Below, one piece after another: positions 10,994-24,394 of a DNA stretch of 64,000 bases. The notes beneath the pieces are model-generated. The model saw only the letters and a program-made list of their open reading frames with translations, was not told the origin of the DNA and did no database searches. The number at the start of each line of letters is the position of its first letter. The stretch's first letter is position 1. The position numbers and the translations under genes were made by a program. Origin of the DNA: Malacoraja senta (lineage: Eukaryota). Where the stretch lies: assembly GCA_038087875.1 (NCBI GenBank), contig JAXLNO010001373.1, forward strand, positions 62,001-126,000, written 5' to 3'.

Positions 10994-13900
10994 GTGAGTT
11001 CTTATATTTAATTTTTTTTTTATTAGAGGTATCTGCATATCATAGTCCAACCCATTACAAACTTTGTATAATGATTACATATTAAATATCCAGGGTTCTG
11101 GGTACCCAGTTACCAAAGCAGCTGGGGTCCTCCTTTATCGGTTACATATTAACGTTGCCTCTAATTATTTATTTATATTTATAAATAATAAAAATAAAGA
11201 AAATAAAGAAATAAAGAAATAAAAAGAAGAAATTAAAAAAGTAAGATAAACTATCAATAATACAACTTAGGAGAAAGGTCCATAGGTCAAAAAACGTAAC
11301 TATTCATCCAGTCCTGGGTTCAGGTTTCAGTCAGGCCTCCGCGCCGTCCCAGTCTACCCCTTCAGATAATCTATAAATGGAGACCATATTTTAGTAAATA
11401 ATTCTGGTTTGTCAATTAAGACATATCTAATTTTTTCCAAATATAAGGTCTCCGACATCTCCATAATCCACATCTTAATTGTGGGGGTTGCAGGATTTTT
11501 CCAAAATTTGAATATTAATTTTTTCCCAATTATTATGCTGTAGTCAAGGAAATTTCTTTGGTTTGTTGTAAGTTTTAGATATTGTTCTGACATGCCCAAT
11601 ATTATTAATTTAGGATCGGGATCCAGTTGAATATTAACAACTACAGAGATTATTTTTAAAATATCCATCCAATAATTTTTAATTTTTATACAATTTACAA
11701 AAGTATGGGTTAAATTAGCCGATGAGTGTTGGCATTTATCACAAATCGGGGAGATATTAGGAAAGATTCTATTTAATTTTGTTTTTGAATAATGCAATCT
11801 ATGTAGTACTTTAAATTGTATTAAAGAGTGTCTGGTATTTAATGAACATTGATGTATATGTTGTAAACTTTCATCCCAAATATCTTTTGTTATAGGTTGG
11901 GCTAATTCCTTTTCCCATGCTAATCTATATAATTCCGTCGACGGAGTCTCACTGTCTAAAAGAGTATTATAAATGTAAGATATTAATTTATCTGTATTAG
12001 GGTGTTTATTCAAACATTCATCTAGAATCTCTGGTTCTCTAGTTCTGTATTCTTGTGTATGTGATTTAACATAATCTTTAAGTTGTAAGTATCTAAAAAA
12101 TTTATTGAATGTAATCCATAATTCAGTTGTAGTTCCTGAAACGAAAGAAAAATACAATTTCTATAAAGATGTCCCATCTTTTTAATTCCATGATTTTTCC
12201 ATTGTACAAAACCTTTATCCAACAGTTGAGGGTTTAAATTAAGGATTATTTGCAATGGGGAAAGAAAATGATAAATTATCCAATTTTAATGTCTTTTTTA
12301 ATTGTTTCCAAATTCGAATTCCACTATATATTATAGGGTTTTCATTATAGATTTTTTTTAATTCAGTTTTGTAGGAGCTAACAGGATCGGACCAATTTCA
12401 AAAGGTAAACAATCTTCCTTTTCCATCTTTAACCAGTCTGGTTGTTGATCCATATCTTCCAACCAAAAATTCATGTTTTTTACATTGACTGCCCAAAAAT
12501 AAAATAAAAAGTTTGGTAAAACTAATCCTCCTTTGGTCTTGGGTTTACATAGGTGTTTTTTGCTTATTCTGTGATTTTTATAATCCCAAATAAAACTTGT
12601 CACAATAGAATCGACTTTTTAAAATAATTTTTTTGGGAGATATATCGGGATTGATTGAAAGAGGTATAGCAATTGCGGAAGGAAAATCATTTTTATAGCA
12701 TTAATTCTACCGAGCATTGAAATGAGAAGTGTTTTCCAGTATTGAATATTATTATGCAATTTATTAAGTAAAGGCATGAAATTTGATTTAAATAGAGTTA
12801 TATTTCTTTGTCACATAAATTCCAAGATATTTAAATTTTTCATTAACTATTCTAAAAGGTGAATGTTGCAATATATATGAATTAGATTCCGTTATTGGCA
12901 TAATCTCACTTTTGTTCCAATTGATTCTATATCCTGAAAATAAACCCAATTGAGTTATAAGATTTAACAAGTTTGGAATGCTGATTTCTGGGTTTGTAAT
13001 ATATAATAATACATCATCTGCGTATAGAGAGATTTTATTAACTGTATTTTTAGTATTATACCCATATATTTCTGGGTGTGCTCTAACTCTTTCTGCTAGT
13101 GGTTCGATAGCAAGGGCAAATAATAACGGTGATAACGGGCATCCTTGTCTGCAACCTTTCGATAAATCAAATTTTGTTGATAGCATTTGATTTGTCATTA
13201 TTCTAGCTGTTGGGTTAGTATATAAATGCTTAACCCATGTGCAAAACTTCTCACCCAATTGAAATTGATCGAATGCTTTCTCAGCATCTAACGAGATGAC
13301 TGCTAAATCTACATTAGCTATTCTGTTTGAGTATATAATATTAAATAATCGTCTCAAATTATAATATGAGTAGCGTTTTGGATTAAAGCCAGTTTGGTCA
13401 GGGTGTATTAATTTATGAATCACTAAACTTAATCTATGGGCTAAAATTTTAGTTAATGTTTTCTGATCGGTGTTAAAGAGAGCGATTGCTCTATATGTAC
13501 CTGGATCTTCAAGGTCCTTATCCATTTTGGGTATGTATTATTGTTGATTTGTTTAAAGTTTCTGGTAGTTTCTGTTGCATGAAGGCATGAGTATATAGTG
13601 TCTTTAAGTGGGTGGACATCAGGTCATGAAATTTTTTATAAAATTCGCTATTTAAACCATCCGGGCCAGCGGCCTTTCCATTTTTTAAAGATCTGATAGA
13701 TTCTTCAATATCTTTTACTGATATTTCGGCCCCTAATAATTCCCTCTCTTTTCAGATCTAAACTTGTAAGATTACATTTCTGTAAAAATGATTCCATTCC
13801 TGCAGAGCCCACTATTGTTTTGGATGAATAAAGTGTTTGATAGTATTGAGAAAATCTATCATTACTATCCTTGGGTAATGTTAGCATTTCTCCCGTATCA

Positions 13901-14709
13901 GATTTAATTTTATAAATTGTTTTTTCCCCTTCCTGTTTCCGGAGCTGACGTGCTAGTAATTTTTATGGTTTATCACCAAACTCAAAGTATAGTTGTTTAG
14001 TATTTTGATAAAGTTTTATGATTTGATCTGAATATAGTTGATTTAACTTATATTTAAGTGCTGCAAATTTATTATGTAATATCGTAGAGGGCGTGATTGC
14101 ATTTTCCATATCTAATTGCCTTATCTCCTTTTCCAATTCCTGTTGTTTGGCCCGGTTCTCTTTATTACGAACGGCTTGCGCAGAGATTAACGCTCCTCGT
14201 ATAAATGCTTTAAATGTTTCCCAAAAAAGGGAGGGAGATATTTCAGGGCAATCATTAGTCTCAAAAAACAAATTTATCTGTGTGATAAGATATTCACAAC
14301 ATGCTTTATCATTTAAAATCTGAGGATTAAATCTCCATTGTGTCTGCTTCTCAGTCATTCCACTTAGTTTGATCATAAATGTTAGAGGTGCATGGTCCGA
14401 AATTATAATATTATGATATTTTGAGTTATAAGTAAATGGGATAAGCTTAGAGTCTACTAAAAAGTAATCTATTCTTGAGTAAGTTTTATGTACCGGTGAA
14501 TAGAATGAATATTCCCTTCCAGATGGGTTTTCAATTCTCCAAACATCTTTGATATTAGTAGAGTTAATGTATGAGTTTATTAATTCACTTGTTTTAGATT
14601 TTGCTTTTCTTTGTCTTGATGATCTATCTAAATAAGAGTCTAGTGTACAATTTAAATCTCCTCCAATTATCAAGTTATGTTGTGTAATTTCCAGGATATT
14701 ATTAAGTAT

Positions 14710-15278
14710 AGACGCCCAGGGACCGTTGCAGAAGGAGGAGCAGCGTCCGGGTAGGGAGTAGTTAAACGGCGTGGGGCTTTGCTTTCCAGACGCCCAGGGA
14801 CCGTTGCAGAAGGAGGAGCAGCGTCCGGGTAGGGAGTAGTTAAACGGCGCGGGGATTTGCTTTCCAGACGCCCAGGGACCGTTGCAGAAGGAGGAGCAGC
14901 GTCCGGGTAGGGAGTAGTTAAACAGCGCGGGGCTTTGCTTTCCAGACGCCCAGGGACCGTTGCAGAAGGAGGAGCAGCGTCCGGGCAGGGAGTAGTTAAA
15001 CAGCGCGGGGCTTTGCTTTCCAGACGCCCAGGGACCGTTGCAGAAGGAGGAGCAGCGTCCGGGTAGGGAGTAGTTAAACAGCGCGGGGCTTTGCTTTCCA
15101 GACGCCCAGGGACCGTTGCAGAACGAGGAGCAGCGTCCGGGTAGGGAGTAGTTAAACAGCGCGGGGCTTTGCTTTCCAGACGCCCAGGGACCGTTGCAGA
15201 AGGAGGAGCAGCGTCCGGGTAGGGAGTAGTTAAACAGCGCGGGGCTTCGCTTTCCAGACGCCCAGGGACCGTTGCAGA
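14710..15278 (+). repeat. 78-bp tandem repeat, about 7.3 near-identical copies, at the 5' end of the outer CR1
   Basis: Unit AGACGCCCAGGGACCGTTGCAGAAGGAGGAGCAGCGTCCGGGTAGGGAGTAGTTAAACAGCGCGGGGCTTTGCTTTCC starts at 14710, 14788, 14866, 14944, 15022, 15100 and 15178, with a partial copy at 15256. Confidence 0.93.
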
Positions 15279-15431
15279 AGTACCAAAACTGCAACGTTCC
15301 ATTCAAGTTTCCTATAAGTGAGGAAGCTGCTGATTGGTGGAAGAGGACCAAGAGAAAGCAGCTGATTGGGAGTCAGATCCCTGCTGATTTCCTCCACCAG
15401 TTTTGTATTGTATCCAGGGTAAGGGGGGAGT

Positions 15432-18167
15432 ATGAGGGCCAGGGCAGTTTACTGTTCTGGATGTCAGATGTGCGAGGTCATGGAGTCTGATAGCCCTCCA
15501 GACGTTCACATCTGTGTCAGGTGCGTAGAGATGGGGTTCCTAAGGGACCGTGTTAGGAACCTGGAGCAGCAGCTCGATGACCTCTGTCTGATCAGGGAGA
15601 GTGAGGAGGTCATAGAAAAGAGTTATAGGGAGGTGGCCACTCCAAGACCACGGGAGGCAGACAAGTGGGTCACGGTTAGGAAGGGCAAGGGGCAGAGGCA
15701 GGGACTAGTGAGTACCCCGGTGGCTGTACACCTTGAAAATAAGTACTCCTGTTTGAGTACTGTTGAGGGGGACAGCCTTCCTGCGGGTAGCAACAGCGGC
15801 CGGGCCTCCGGCACAGAGACCAGCCCTATTGCTCAGAAGGGTAGGGAAAAGAAGAGGAGGGCAATAGTAATAGGGGACTCTATGGTTAGGGGGTCGGATA
15901 GGCAATTCTGTGACCGCAGTCAGGAGACCCGAATGGCAGTTTGCCTCCCTGGTGCCAGGGTCAGGGATGTGTCTGAACGCGTCCAAGATATCCTGAAATC
16001 GGAGGGAGAGGAGCCTGAGGTTGTGGTACATATAGGTACCAATGACATAGGTAGAAAAAGAGAAGAGGTCTTGAAAGGAGAACTTAGGGAGTTGGGAGGA
16101 GAGTTAAGGAAAATGAGCAGTGGTGTACGTGAGCAGTGGTGTACGTTTAAGGATCTACTGTATAACCTTCAAGAAAAATTTATTCCTATGAAGAAAAAAA
16201 GGGGTAAGGGAAAGAACAGTCAGCCATGGCTCAGTAAAACTATAAAGGATAGTATTCGGCTGAAGGCAAGGGCATATAAGGTAGCTAGAGATAGTGGGAG
16301 GGTAGAGGATTGGGAAGCATTTAAAGGTCAGCAAAAAATAACTAAGAGATTAATTAAGACGGGGAAAATAGACTATGAAAGGAATTTAGCGAACAACATA
16401 AAAACTAATAGTAAGAGTTTTTATAGCTATATAAAAAGAAAAAGGGTGGCTAAGGTGAACGTTGGTCCATTGGAGGGTGAGACTGGAGAGTTGTTGGTGG
16501 GGAACATGGAAATGGCAAAGGCATTAAACGAGTATTTTGTATCAGTCTTCACCATAGAAGACACAAAAAATATTCCAACGCTGGATAAACAGGGGGCGGT
16601 AGGAATGGAGGAGCTAAATACTATTAAGATCACCAAGGAGGTGGTATTAGGGAAATTAATGAGACTGAAGGAGGATAAATCCCCTGGGCCTGATGGATTA
16701 CATCCAAGGGTCTTGAGGGAGATAGCGGTGGGGATTGTGGATGCATTGGTGATAATTTTCCAAAACTCCCTGGAGGCAGGAACGGTCCCAGTGGATTGGA
16801 AAATGGCCAATGTAACACCTATATTTAAAAAAGGAAGTAAACAGAAGGCAGGTAACTATAGACCGGTTAGTCTAACATCGGTGGTGGGTAAAATGTTAGA
16901 GACAATTATTAAAGAAACACTAACGGGGCACTTGGATAAACATGACTTCATCGGACAGAACCAGCATGGTTTTGTGAAGGGGAAGTCCTGTTTAACGAAT
17001 CTGCTCGAATTCTTTGAGGAAGTAACAACCCGGGTGGATAAAGGGGAACCGGTGGATGTGGTATACTTGGACTTCCAAAAGGCTTTTGACAAGGTGCCAC
17101 ATAAGAGACTATTGCTAAAAATAAAAAATTATGGGATTGGGGGTAATATATTAGCATGGGTAGAGGATTGGCTAACAAATAGGAAGCAGAGAGTGGGGAT
17201 AAATGGTTCATACTCGGGATGGCAACCGGTAACTAGCGGGGTTCCGCAAGGGTCGGTGCTGGGACCCCAGTTGTTCACAATTTATATAAATGATTTGGAG
17301 GAGGGAACCAAGTGTAATATATCAAAATTTGCGGACGATACAAAAATGGGAGGAAAAGTAGGGGATGAGGAGGATAGGAAGAGTCTGCAAAAGGATATAG
17401 ATAAGCTAGGTGAGTGGGCAACAACTTGGCAGATGAAATTTAATACTAATAAATGTGAAGTCATTCATTTTGGGAAAAAAAATGATAGGGCAAGTTATTT
17501 TCTAAATGAGGTGGAGCTGCGTTGTAATGCAACGCAAAGGGATCTAGGGGTAGTAGTACATGAATCACTAAAAGTTAGTATGCAGGTGCAGCAAGCAATC
17601 AGGAAGGCCAATGGAGTTTTGGCCTTTATTGCTAGGGGGATTGAGTATAAAAACACGGAGGTCTTGCTGCAGCTGTACACAGTATTAGTGAGACCACATT
17701 TGGAATACTGTGTACAGTTCTGGGGTCCATACTTAAGAAAGGATGTACTGGCCCTGGAGGCAGTGCAGCGAAGGTTTACAAGATTAATTCCTGCAATGAG
17801 GGGATTGACATATGAGGAAAGGTTAAGTAGGCTGGAACTCTACTCTTTGGAGTTTAGAAGAATGAGAGGCGATCTCATTGAAACATATAAGATCGTGAGG
17901 GGCCTTGATCGGGTGGATGCACCGAGGATGTTCCCAATGATCGGGGAAACTAGAACTAGGGGACATAGTTGTAGAATAAGAGGGGGCTCTTTTAAAACTG
18001 AGATGAGGAAGAACTTCTTCACCCAGAGGGTGGTTAATTTATGGAATTCACTGCCCCAGGGAGCAGTGGAAGCAGAAACATTAAATATATTTAAGTCTAA
18101 AATAGATGGTTTTTTAGCTGCCAAGGGGATAAGGGGCTACGGGGAGATGGCAGGGATATGGACCTAG
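15432..18167 (+). CDS. Chimeric 911-aa ORF: outer CR1 ORF1 N-terminus fused in frame to inner CR1 RT, with no endonuclease
   Basis: Single open frame in the ORF track, with junction ...ELGGELRK|MSSGVREQWCTFKD... at 16113/16114. Expression is unknown. Confidence 0.6.
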   Translation: MRARAVYCSGCQMCEVMESDSPPDVHICVRCVEMGFLRDRVRNLEQQLDDLCLIRESEEVIEKSYREVATPRPREADKWVTVRKGKGQRQGLVSTPVAVHLENKYSCLSTVEGDSLPAGSNSGRASGTETSPIAQKGREKKRRAIVIGDSMVRGSDRQFCDRSQETRMAVCLPGARVRDVSERVQDILKSEGEEPEVVVHIGTNDIGRKREEVLKGELRELGGELRKMSSGVREQWCTFKDLLYNLQEKFIPMKKKRGKGKNSQPWLSKTIKDSIRLKARAYKVARDSGRVEDWEAFKGQQKITKRLIKTGKIDYERNLANNIKTNSKSFYSYIKRKRVAKVNVGPLEGETGELLVGNMEMAKALNEYFVSVFTIEDTKNIPTLDKQGAVGMEELNTIKITKEVVLGKLMRLKEDKSPGPDGLHPRVLREIAVGIVDALVIIFQNSLEAGTVPVDWKMANVTPIFKKGSKQKAGNYRPVSLTSVVGKMLETIIKETLTGHLDKHDFIGQNQHGFVKGKSCLTNLLEFFEEVTTRVDKGEPVDVVYLDFQKAFDKVPHKRLLLKIKNYGIGGNILAWVEDWLTNRKQRVGINGSYSGWQPVTSGVPQGSVLGPQLFTIYINDLEEGTKCNISKFADDTKMGGKVGDEEDRKSLQKDIDKLGEWATTWQMKFNTNKCEVIHFGKKNDRASYFLNEVELRCNATQRDLGVVVHESLKVSMQVQQAIRKANGVLAFIARGIEYKNTEVLLQLYTVLVRPHLEYCVQFWGPYLRKDVLALEAVQRRFTRLIPAMRGLTYEERLSRLELYSLEFRRMRGDLIETYKIVRGLDRVDAPRMFPMIGETRTRGHSCRIRGGSFKTEMRKNFFTQRVVNLWNSLPQGAVEAETLNIFKSKIDGFLAAKGIRGYGEMAGIWT

Positions 18168-18502
18168 GTATGGTTAGTATAGTAAGACCTGAGTGATCTC
18201 CTGGACAAGTGTCGATCGCCTGGATAGGGGTCGGAGAGGAATTTCCCGGATTTTTTTCCCTAATTGGACCTGGGTTTTTATCCGGTTTTTTGCCTCCCCC
18301 AGGAGATCACGCGGTTCTTGGGGTGGAGAGGGGTGATAGCGATATAAAGGGGAGGGTAGTGTCTTGTGTTCTGTGTCTTGTGTCTACTGTTTGTGGGTAA
18401 GGGTGTCTGTTTAGTGTTCAGCCATGAGCGAATGGCGGTGCGGGCTCGATGGGCCTGGTGGTCTACTCTCGCACCTACTTTCTATGTTTCTATGTTTCTA
18501 TG
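16114..18502 (+). mobile_element. 5'-truncated CR1 (inner) nested in ORF1 of the outer CR1
   Basis: RT is uninterrupted to the stop at 18167 (FADDTK). The 3'UTR ends in (TTTCTATG)3. Removing the insertion restores outer ORF1 GAG TTA AGG AAA AGG TCT ACA (ELRKRSTK), with GAAAA as a probable TSD. Confidence 0.9.
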
Positions 18503-21500
18503 AAAAGGTCTACAAAGGTAACAATCTCAGGATTACTACCTGTGCCACGTGACGGTGAGAGTAGGAATGGAGTGAGGTGGAGGATAAATGCATGGCTGAG
18601 GAACTGGTGCAGCGGGCAGGGATTCAAATTTCTGGATCATTGGGACCTCTTTTGGGGAAGGAGTGACCTGTACAGAAAGGACGGGTTGCACTTGAACCCG
18701 AGGGGGACCAATATCCTGGCGGGGAGATTTGCAAAGGCTACTGGGGAGACTTTAAACTAGAACGGTTGGGGGGAGGGACTCAAATAGAGAAAGCTAGTGG
18801 AAAATGTGGGAGGCAGGAGGCAGAGAAGGGAAGCACTCGGACCCAAAATGTAGGGGAGAAAGAAGAAAAAGATAATAAACAGAGAATAAGTGGTGGTGGG
18901 TTTCTTAAATGTGTATATTTTAATGCTAGGAGCATTGTAAGAAAGGTGGATGAGCTTAGAGCCTGGATTGACACCTGGAAGTATGATGTTGTGGTGATCA
19001 GTGAAACATGATTGCAGGAGGGCTGTGATTGGCAAATAAATATTCCAGGATTTCGTTGCTTCAGGGGTGATAGAATTGGAGGGGCAAGAGGTGGGGGTGT
19101 TGCATTGCTTGTCAAGGAAGATATTACAGCAGTGCTTTGGCAGGATAGATTAGAGGGCTCGTCTAGGGAGGCTATTTGGGTGGAACTGAGAAATGGGAAA
19201 GGTGTAGCAACACTTATAGGGGTGTATTATAGACCGCCAAATGGGGAGCGAGAATTGGAAGAGCAAATATGTAAGGAGATAGCAGATATTAGTAGTAAGC
19301 ACAAGGTAGTGATTGTGGGAGATTTCAATTTTCCACACATAGACTGGGAAACACATTCTGTAAAAGGGCTGGATGGTTTGGAGTTTGTAAAATGTGTGCA
19401 AGATAGTTTTTTTGCAACAATACATAGAGGTACCTACTAGAGAAGGGGCAGTGCTGGACCTCCTGTTAGGAAATGAGACAGGGCAGGTGGCGGAGGTATG
19501 CGTCGGGGAGCACTTCGGGTCCAGTGATCACAATACCATTAGTTTCAATATAATTATGGAGAGGGTCAGAACTGGACTTGGGTTGAGATTTTTGTTTGGA
19601 GAAAGGCTAACTTTGAGGAGATGCGAAAGGATTTAAAAGGAGTGAATTGGGACATGTTGTTTTATGGGAAGGATGTAGAAGAAAAATGGAGGACATTTAA
19701 GGGTGAAATTTTAAGAGTACAGAATCTTTATGTCCCTGTTCGGTTGAAAGGAAATAGTAAAAAATGGAAAGAGCCATGGTTTTCAAGGGAAATTGGACAC
19801 TTGGTTCGGAAAAAGAGAGAGATCTACAATAATTATAGGCAGCATGGAGTAAATGAGGTGCTTGAGGAGTATAAAGAATGTAAAAAGAATATTAAGAAAG
19901 AAATTAGAAAAGCTAAAAGAAGATATGAGGTTGCTTTGGCAAGTAAGGTGAAAGTAAATCCAAAGGGTTTCTACAGCTATATTAATAGCAAAAGGATAAC
20001 GCGGGATAAAATTGGTCCATTAGAGAGTCAGATTAGACAGCTATCTGCAGAGCCAAAAGAGATGGGGAAGATATTGAACAATTTCTTTTCTTCGGTATTC
20101 ACGAAGGAGAAGGATATGGAATTATGTGAGGTAAGGGAAACGAGCAGAGTAGCAATGGAAACTGTGAGATTCAAAGAAGAGGAGGTGCGGACACTTTTGA
20201 AAAATATGAAAACGGATAAGTCTCCAGGTCCTGACAGGATATTCCCTGGGACATTGAGGGAAGTTAGTGTAGAAATAGCAGGGGCTATGACAGAAATATT
20301 TCAAATGTCATTAGAAACGGGAATAGTGCCGGAGGATTGGCGTACTGCGCATGTTGTTCCGTTGTTTAAAAAGGGTTCGAAGAGTAAACCTAGCAATTAT
20401 AGACCTGTTAGTTTGACGTCAGTGGTGGGCAAATTAATGGAAAGGATACTTAAAGATAATATATATAAGCATCTGGATAAGCAGGGTCTGATTAGGAACA
20501 GTCAACATGGATTTGTGCCTGGAAGGTCATGCTTGACTAATCTTCTTGAATTTTTCGAAGAGGTTACTAGGGAAATTGATGAGGGTAAAGCAGTGGATGT
20601 TGTCTATATGGACTTCAGTAAGGCCTTTGACAAGGTTCCTCATGGAAGGTTGGTTAAGAAGATTCAATTGTTGGGTATTAATGGTGGAGTAGCAAGATGG
20701 ATTCAACAGTGGCTGAATGGGAGATGCCAGAGAGTAATGGTGGATGGCTGTTTGTCAGGTTGGAGGCCGGTGACTAGTGGGGTGCCTCAGGGGTCTGTGT
20801 TGGGTCCACTGTTGTTTGTCATGTACATCAATGATCTGGATGAAGGTGTGGAAAATTGGATTAGTAAGTATGCAGATGATACTAAGATAGGTGGTGTTGT
20901 GGATAATGAAGTAGATTTTCAAAGTCTACAGAGAGATTTAGGCCATTTGGAAGAGTGGGCTGAAAGATGGCAGATGGAGTTTAATGCTGACAAATGTGAG
21001 GTGCTACATCTCGGCAGGACAAATCAAAATAGGACGTACACGGTAAATGGTAGCGAATTGAGGAATGCAGTTGAACAGAGGGATCTAGGAATAACTGTGC
21101 ATAGTTCCCTGAAGGTGGAATCTCATGTAGATAGGGTGATAAAGAAAGCTTTTGGTGTACTGGCCTTTATAAATCAGAGCATTGAATATAGAAGTTGGGA
21201 TGTAATGTTAAAATTGTACAAGGCATTGGTGAGGCCAATTCTGGCGTATGGAGTACAATTTTGGTCGCCTAATTATAGGAAGGATGTCAACAAAATAGAG
21301 AGAGTACAGAGGAGATTTACTAGAATGTTGCCTGCGTTTCAGCAACTAAGTTACAGAGAAAGGTTGAACAAGTTAGGTCTTTATTCTTTGGAGCACAGAA
21401 AGTTAAGAGGGGACTTGATAGAGGTCTTTAAAATTATGAGCGGGTTAGACAGAGTGGACGTGGATAAGCTTTTCCCATTGAGAGTAGGGAAGATTCAAAC

Positions 21501-24394
21501 AAGGGGACATGACTTGAGAATTAAGGGACAGAAGTTTAGGGGGGACATTAGGGGGAACTTCTTTACTCAGAGAGTGGTAGCTGTGTGGAATGAGCTTCCA
21601 GTGGAAGTGGTGGAGGCAGGTTCGATGTTATCCTTTAAAAATAGATTGGATGGGTATATGGACGGGAAAGGAATGGAGGGTTATGGTCTGAGTGCAGGTA
21701 GATGGGACTAGGGGGAAATATTTATTTTTAATTTAAAAAAAAAAAAAAAAAATTTAAATGTTCGGCACGGACTTGAAGGGCCGAGATGGCCTGTTTCCAT
21801 GCTGTTATGGTTATATGGTTATATGGTTATATGGTTATATTCTTAAAAAACGAAGGGTTATCAAAATTTGGTCCATAGACATTAAGAAGAATTACTTTTT
21901 AAAATATAATTCACCCACTAGTATTATATATCTACCATTCTTGTCCGCAATAGTTGATATGTGTTTAAAGGGTATACCTTTACGGATTACAATTGCAACC
22001 CCTCTAGCCTTATGGGAGTATGAAGAGTGATGTTTCAGCAATCCATTTTGCTTTCAATCTATGTTGTGCTTCATTTTTAAGATGAGTTTCTTGAAGAAAT
22101 GTTACATCTGCATGAAGTGATTTTAAGTGTGTTAATACTTTACCTCTCTTAATTGAGTCATTAATTCCCTTAATGTTCCAGCTACAAAAAGTAATTCCTT
22201 GACCCCCAATTTTTCTATTACCGTCTTGCATCTTATGGTTAGAGTAGTCTATAATAGAGTAGGTAGCCCAGCGCAGTAAGCCAGACAATCCACCTGAACA
22301 CAGGACAGATGAGTTTTAAATTGAATAGATCTTCCTCCCGGACCCCTCTCCACAAATAATACATATAATTCGAATCAACTTTATGATAGAAATTAAGTAA
22401 GAAATAAATAAAAAAATAAAAAAAATAAAGATTAATAAAGTGCAAGAAAAAAGAAGAAACTACATCTACAAATAGTGTAGTTAGTGTTAGCCACACTAAC
22501 GTGGCTGGCCATCTAAGGACTTCCGTAGCCTTAGAAAAAAAAATTATTACTAGCTCCACGCTAAACAACAAAACAAAAACTCAGTAAGAGTAATTTACGG
22601 GATTAATGTTATAACCATTTTGGTCCAAAAGATTAGTAATCATATAATGAGAGACTATTACTCTCTTGGTTAAGTAGTAGTCAGTTATTAGTCTGATATA
22701 AAAGAAAAAAAAGAAACAACGAATAAACATGGCTCAATTTAATTAATAAAATAACCAGGTTATACCTTGTTTGCAATTAATATTTTTAACTAATTATTCT
22801 AATAATAATAATAGTAGTCTTAATAATTAGTATTTGTTAGTAATAATTAGTACTAAAATATTAAAATAATATGTCCATATCAATACGGTTTGTTCAGTTG
22901 TCGTTATCAGCTTTCATTAGTCCTTAATTAAAGTGACCTAAAGTTCCATTTATTCTCAGCAAGGTGAAGATATCATATGAATGTTATTCAATCAGCACTC
23001 AAGTCCGCGGTTTTCTGAGCAATCTTCTGGGCATACGCCAATGCTTCCTTGTGATCCGTAAAAAATCTTTTCCTTCTGCTTATAGGTGACTCTCAATCTT
23101 GCAGGATACAACAACCCATATCTCAAGTTGTCTATCTTCTTAAGAATCCCTCTTGTCTCGGTAAATAACGCTCTCCTTGTGACCACCTCCTTTGGATAGT
23201 CTCTGAATATGCTGATTTTATCCCCCTCGAACTGAAGATTTCTGGTGTTAGCAACTTTTTTCATGATATCCTCCAAGACGTGATCGTATTGCACCTTCAC
23301 TTTCAGTTGCCTTGGGGGAATGTTCAGGCCCAGGCGATGTCTCCCAACCCTGTGTGCCTAGCCTAATAAAGGCTTATGATCCAAATTCAAGACTTTTTTC
23401 AATAAGTCACGAACGTCATTATTTCCTTCTTTACCCTCTCGGACGCCAACAATTCTTTAGTTCTGACGTCTATGGTGTCCTTCCAAGACAATACATTTTT
23501 CAGTTACTGTATGCAGTAAATCTGATAACCGTTTGTTCTCTTCTAGAAGTGCTTCTGTAGTTTTCGAACTCGCATCAGCAATTGACTCCAAATGCTTAAT
23601 AGCTTCATTGTTGATTTATCGTGTCGTAAATAGGATCCAGCTTAGCATTTAGATTGTCTTCAGTCCGCTTAATTTTCTCATTTACTTCTTCAATTTGTAA
23701 GTCGAGGTTAGCAGATATTTTCCCGTTCATGGCAATCAGTTCTTCACGGACAAACTTAGAAATGTTCTCATCAAACTTAAAAAAATCATTTTTGATTTCA
23801 TTTTTAAAACCTTTCATTTCTGTTTTTAAGTTTATCAATTCATCTCTCATACTTGCTGTTTCCTTAGTGTGAGGTGCAAAAAGTGAGTGCTCACAATCAC
23901 GATGCTAGAGAAATTAGAGAAACAAGTTTATTTATTAGCAAGTCTGCAGAGTCGGGTGCCTCCCCTGTCGAGACACACCGAGGTCGGGAAGTCACTCTTT
24001 TATTCATATCATTTTACATTTGTCACATTTATTCCTCCCCTTCGGGCTCCTTTCAAATCAGAGCACTGAGGTGCACAATCTACCGGTACCGCCCCCGGTG
24101 CCTCCCACATCATACATCGCATGTGCATTTAAATGAGACATCTTGTCATGATGGGCGTGTTTGCAATATTCATTTATCTCATTACGCAAGCGCTTAGAGT
24201 TGTTCATGCCCTTTACCCCAGTTCTTGCTTGGCTGTCGCTATCTCCTGTTTCTCATCCTTGAAATGTCACCAGTTGTTCTTACGGCTAAGCTCATCTACT
24301 CTCTACAATACAAAGGGTTCTTAGTCTAAATCAACTATACCTATTAACCCCTTCCTCACAATCCACACTTTTACTTTTGCTATGCTCCTTTGAT

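Larger units (their letters stand above)
14711..21840 (+). mobile_element. Near full-length CR1 (outer), left arm only, inserted in the L1 endonuclease region
   Basis: ORF1 from 15432 has CxxC...CxxC, a coiled coil and an SGNH-like esterase (IVIGDSMVR, HIGTND, then DGLHLN after the inner insertion). ORF2 18766-21711 has APE (YFNARSI, VGDFNFP) and RT (YADD) motifs with a few stops and frameshifts. It ends in an (ATGGTTAT)n tail to 21840. The right arm is continuous across this site (58391-58430); the junction shares TATA. Confidence 0.92.

Noticed and set aside
14710-15278. CRISPR-like array, or the 462-aa and 210-aa repeat-containing minus-strand ORFs
   Set aside because: The repeats abut with no unique spacers and the DNA is eukaryotic. 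The ORFs are stop-free read-through of a GC-rich tandem repeat into the broken L1 ORF2.
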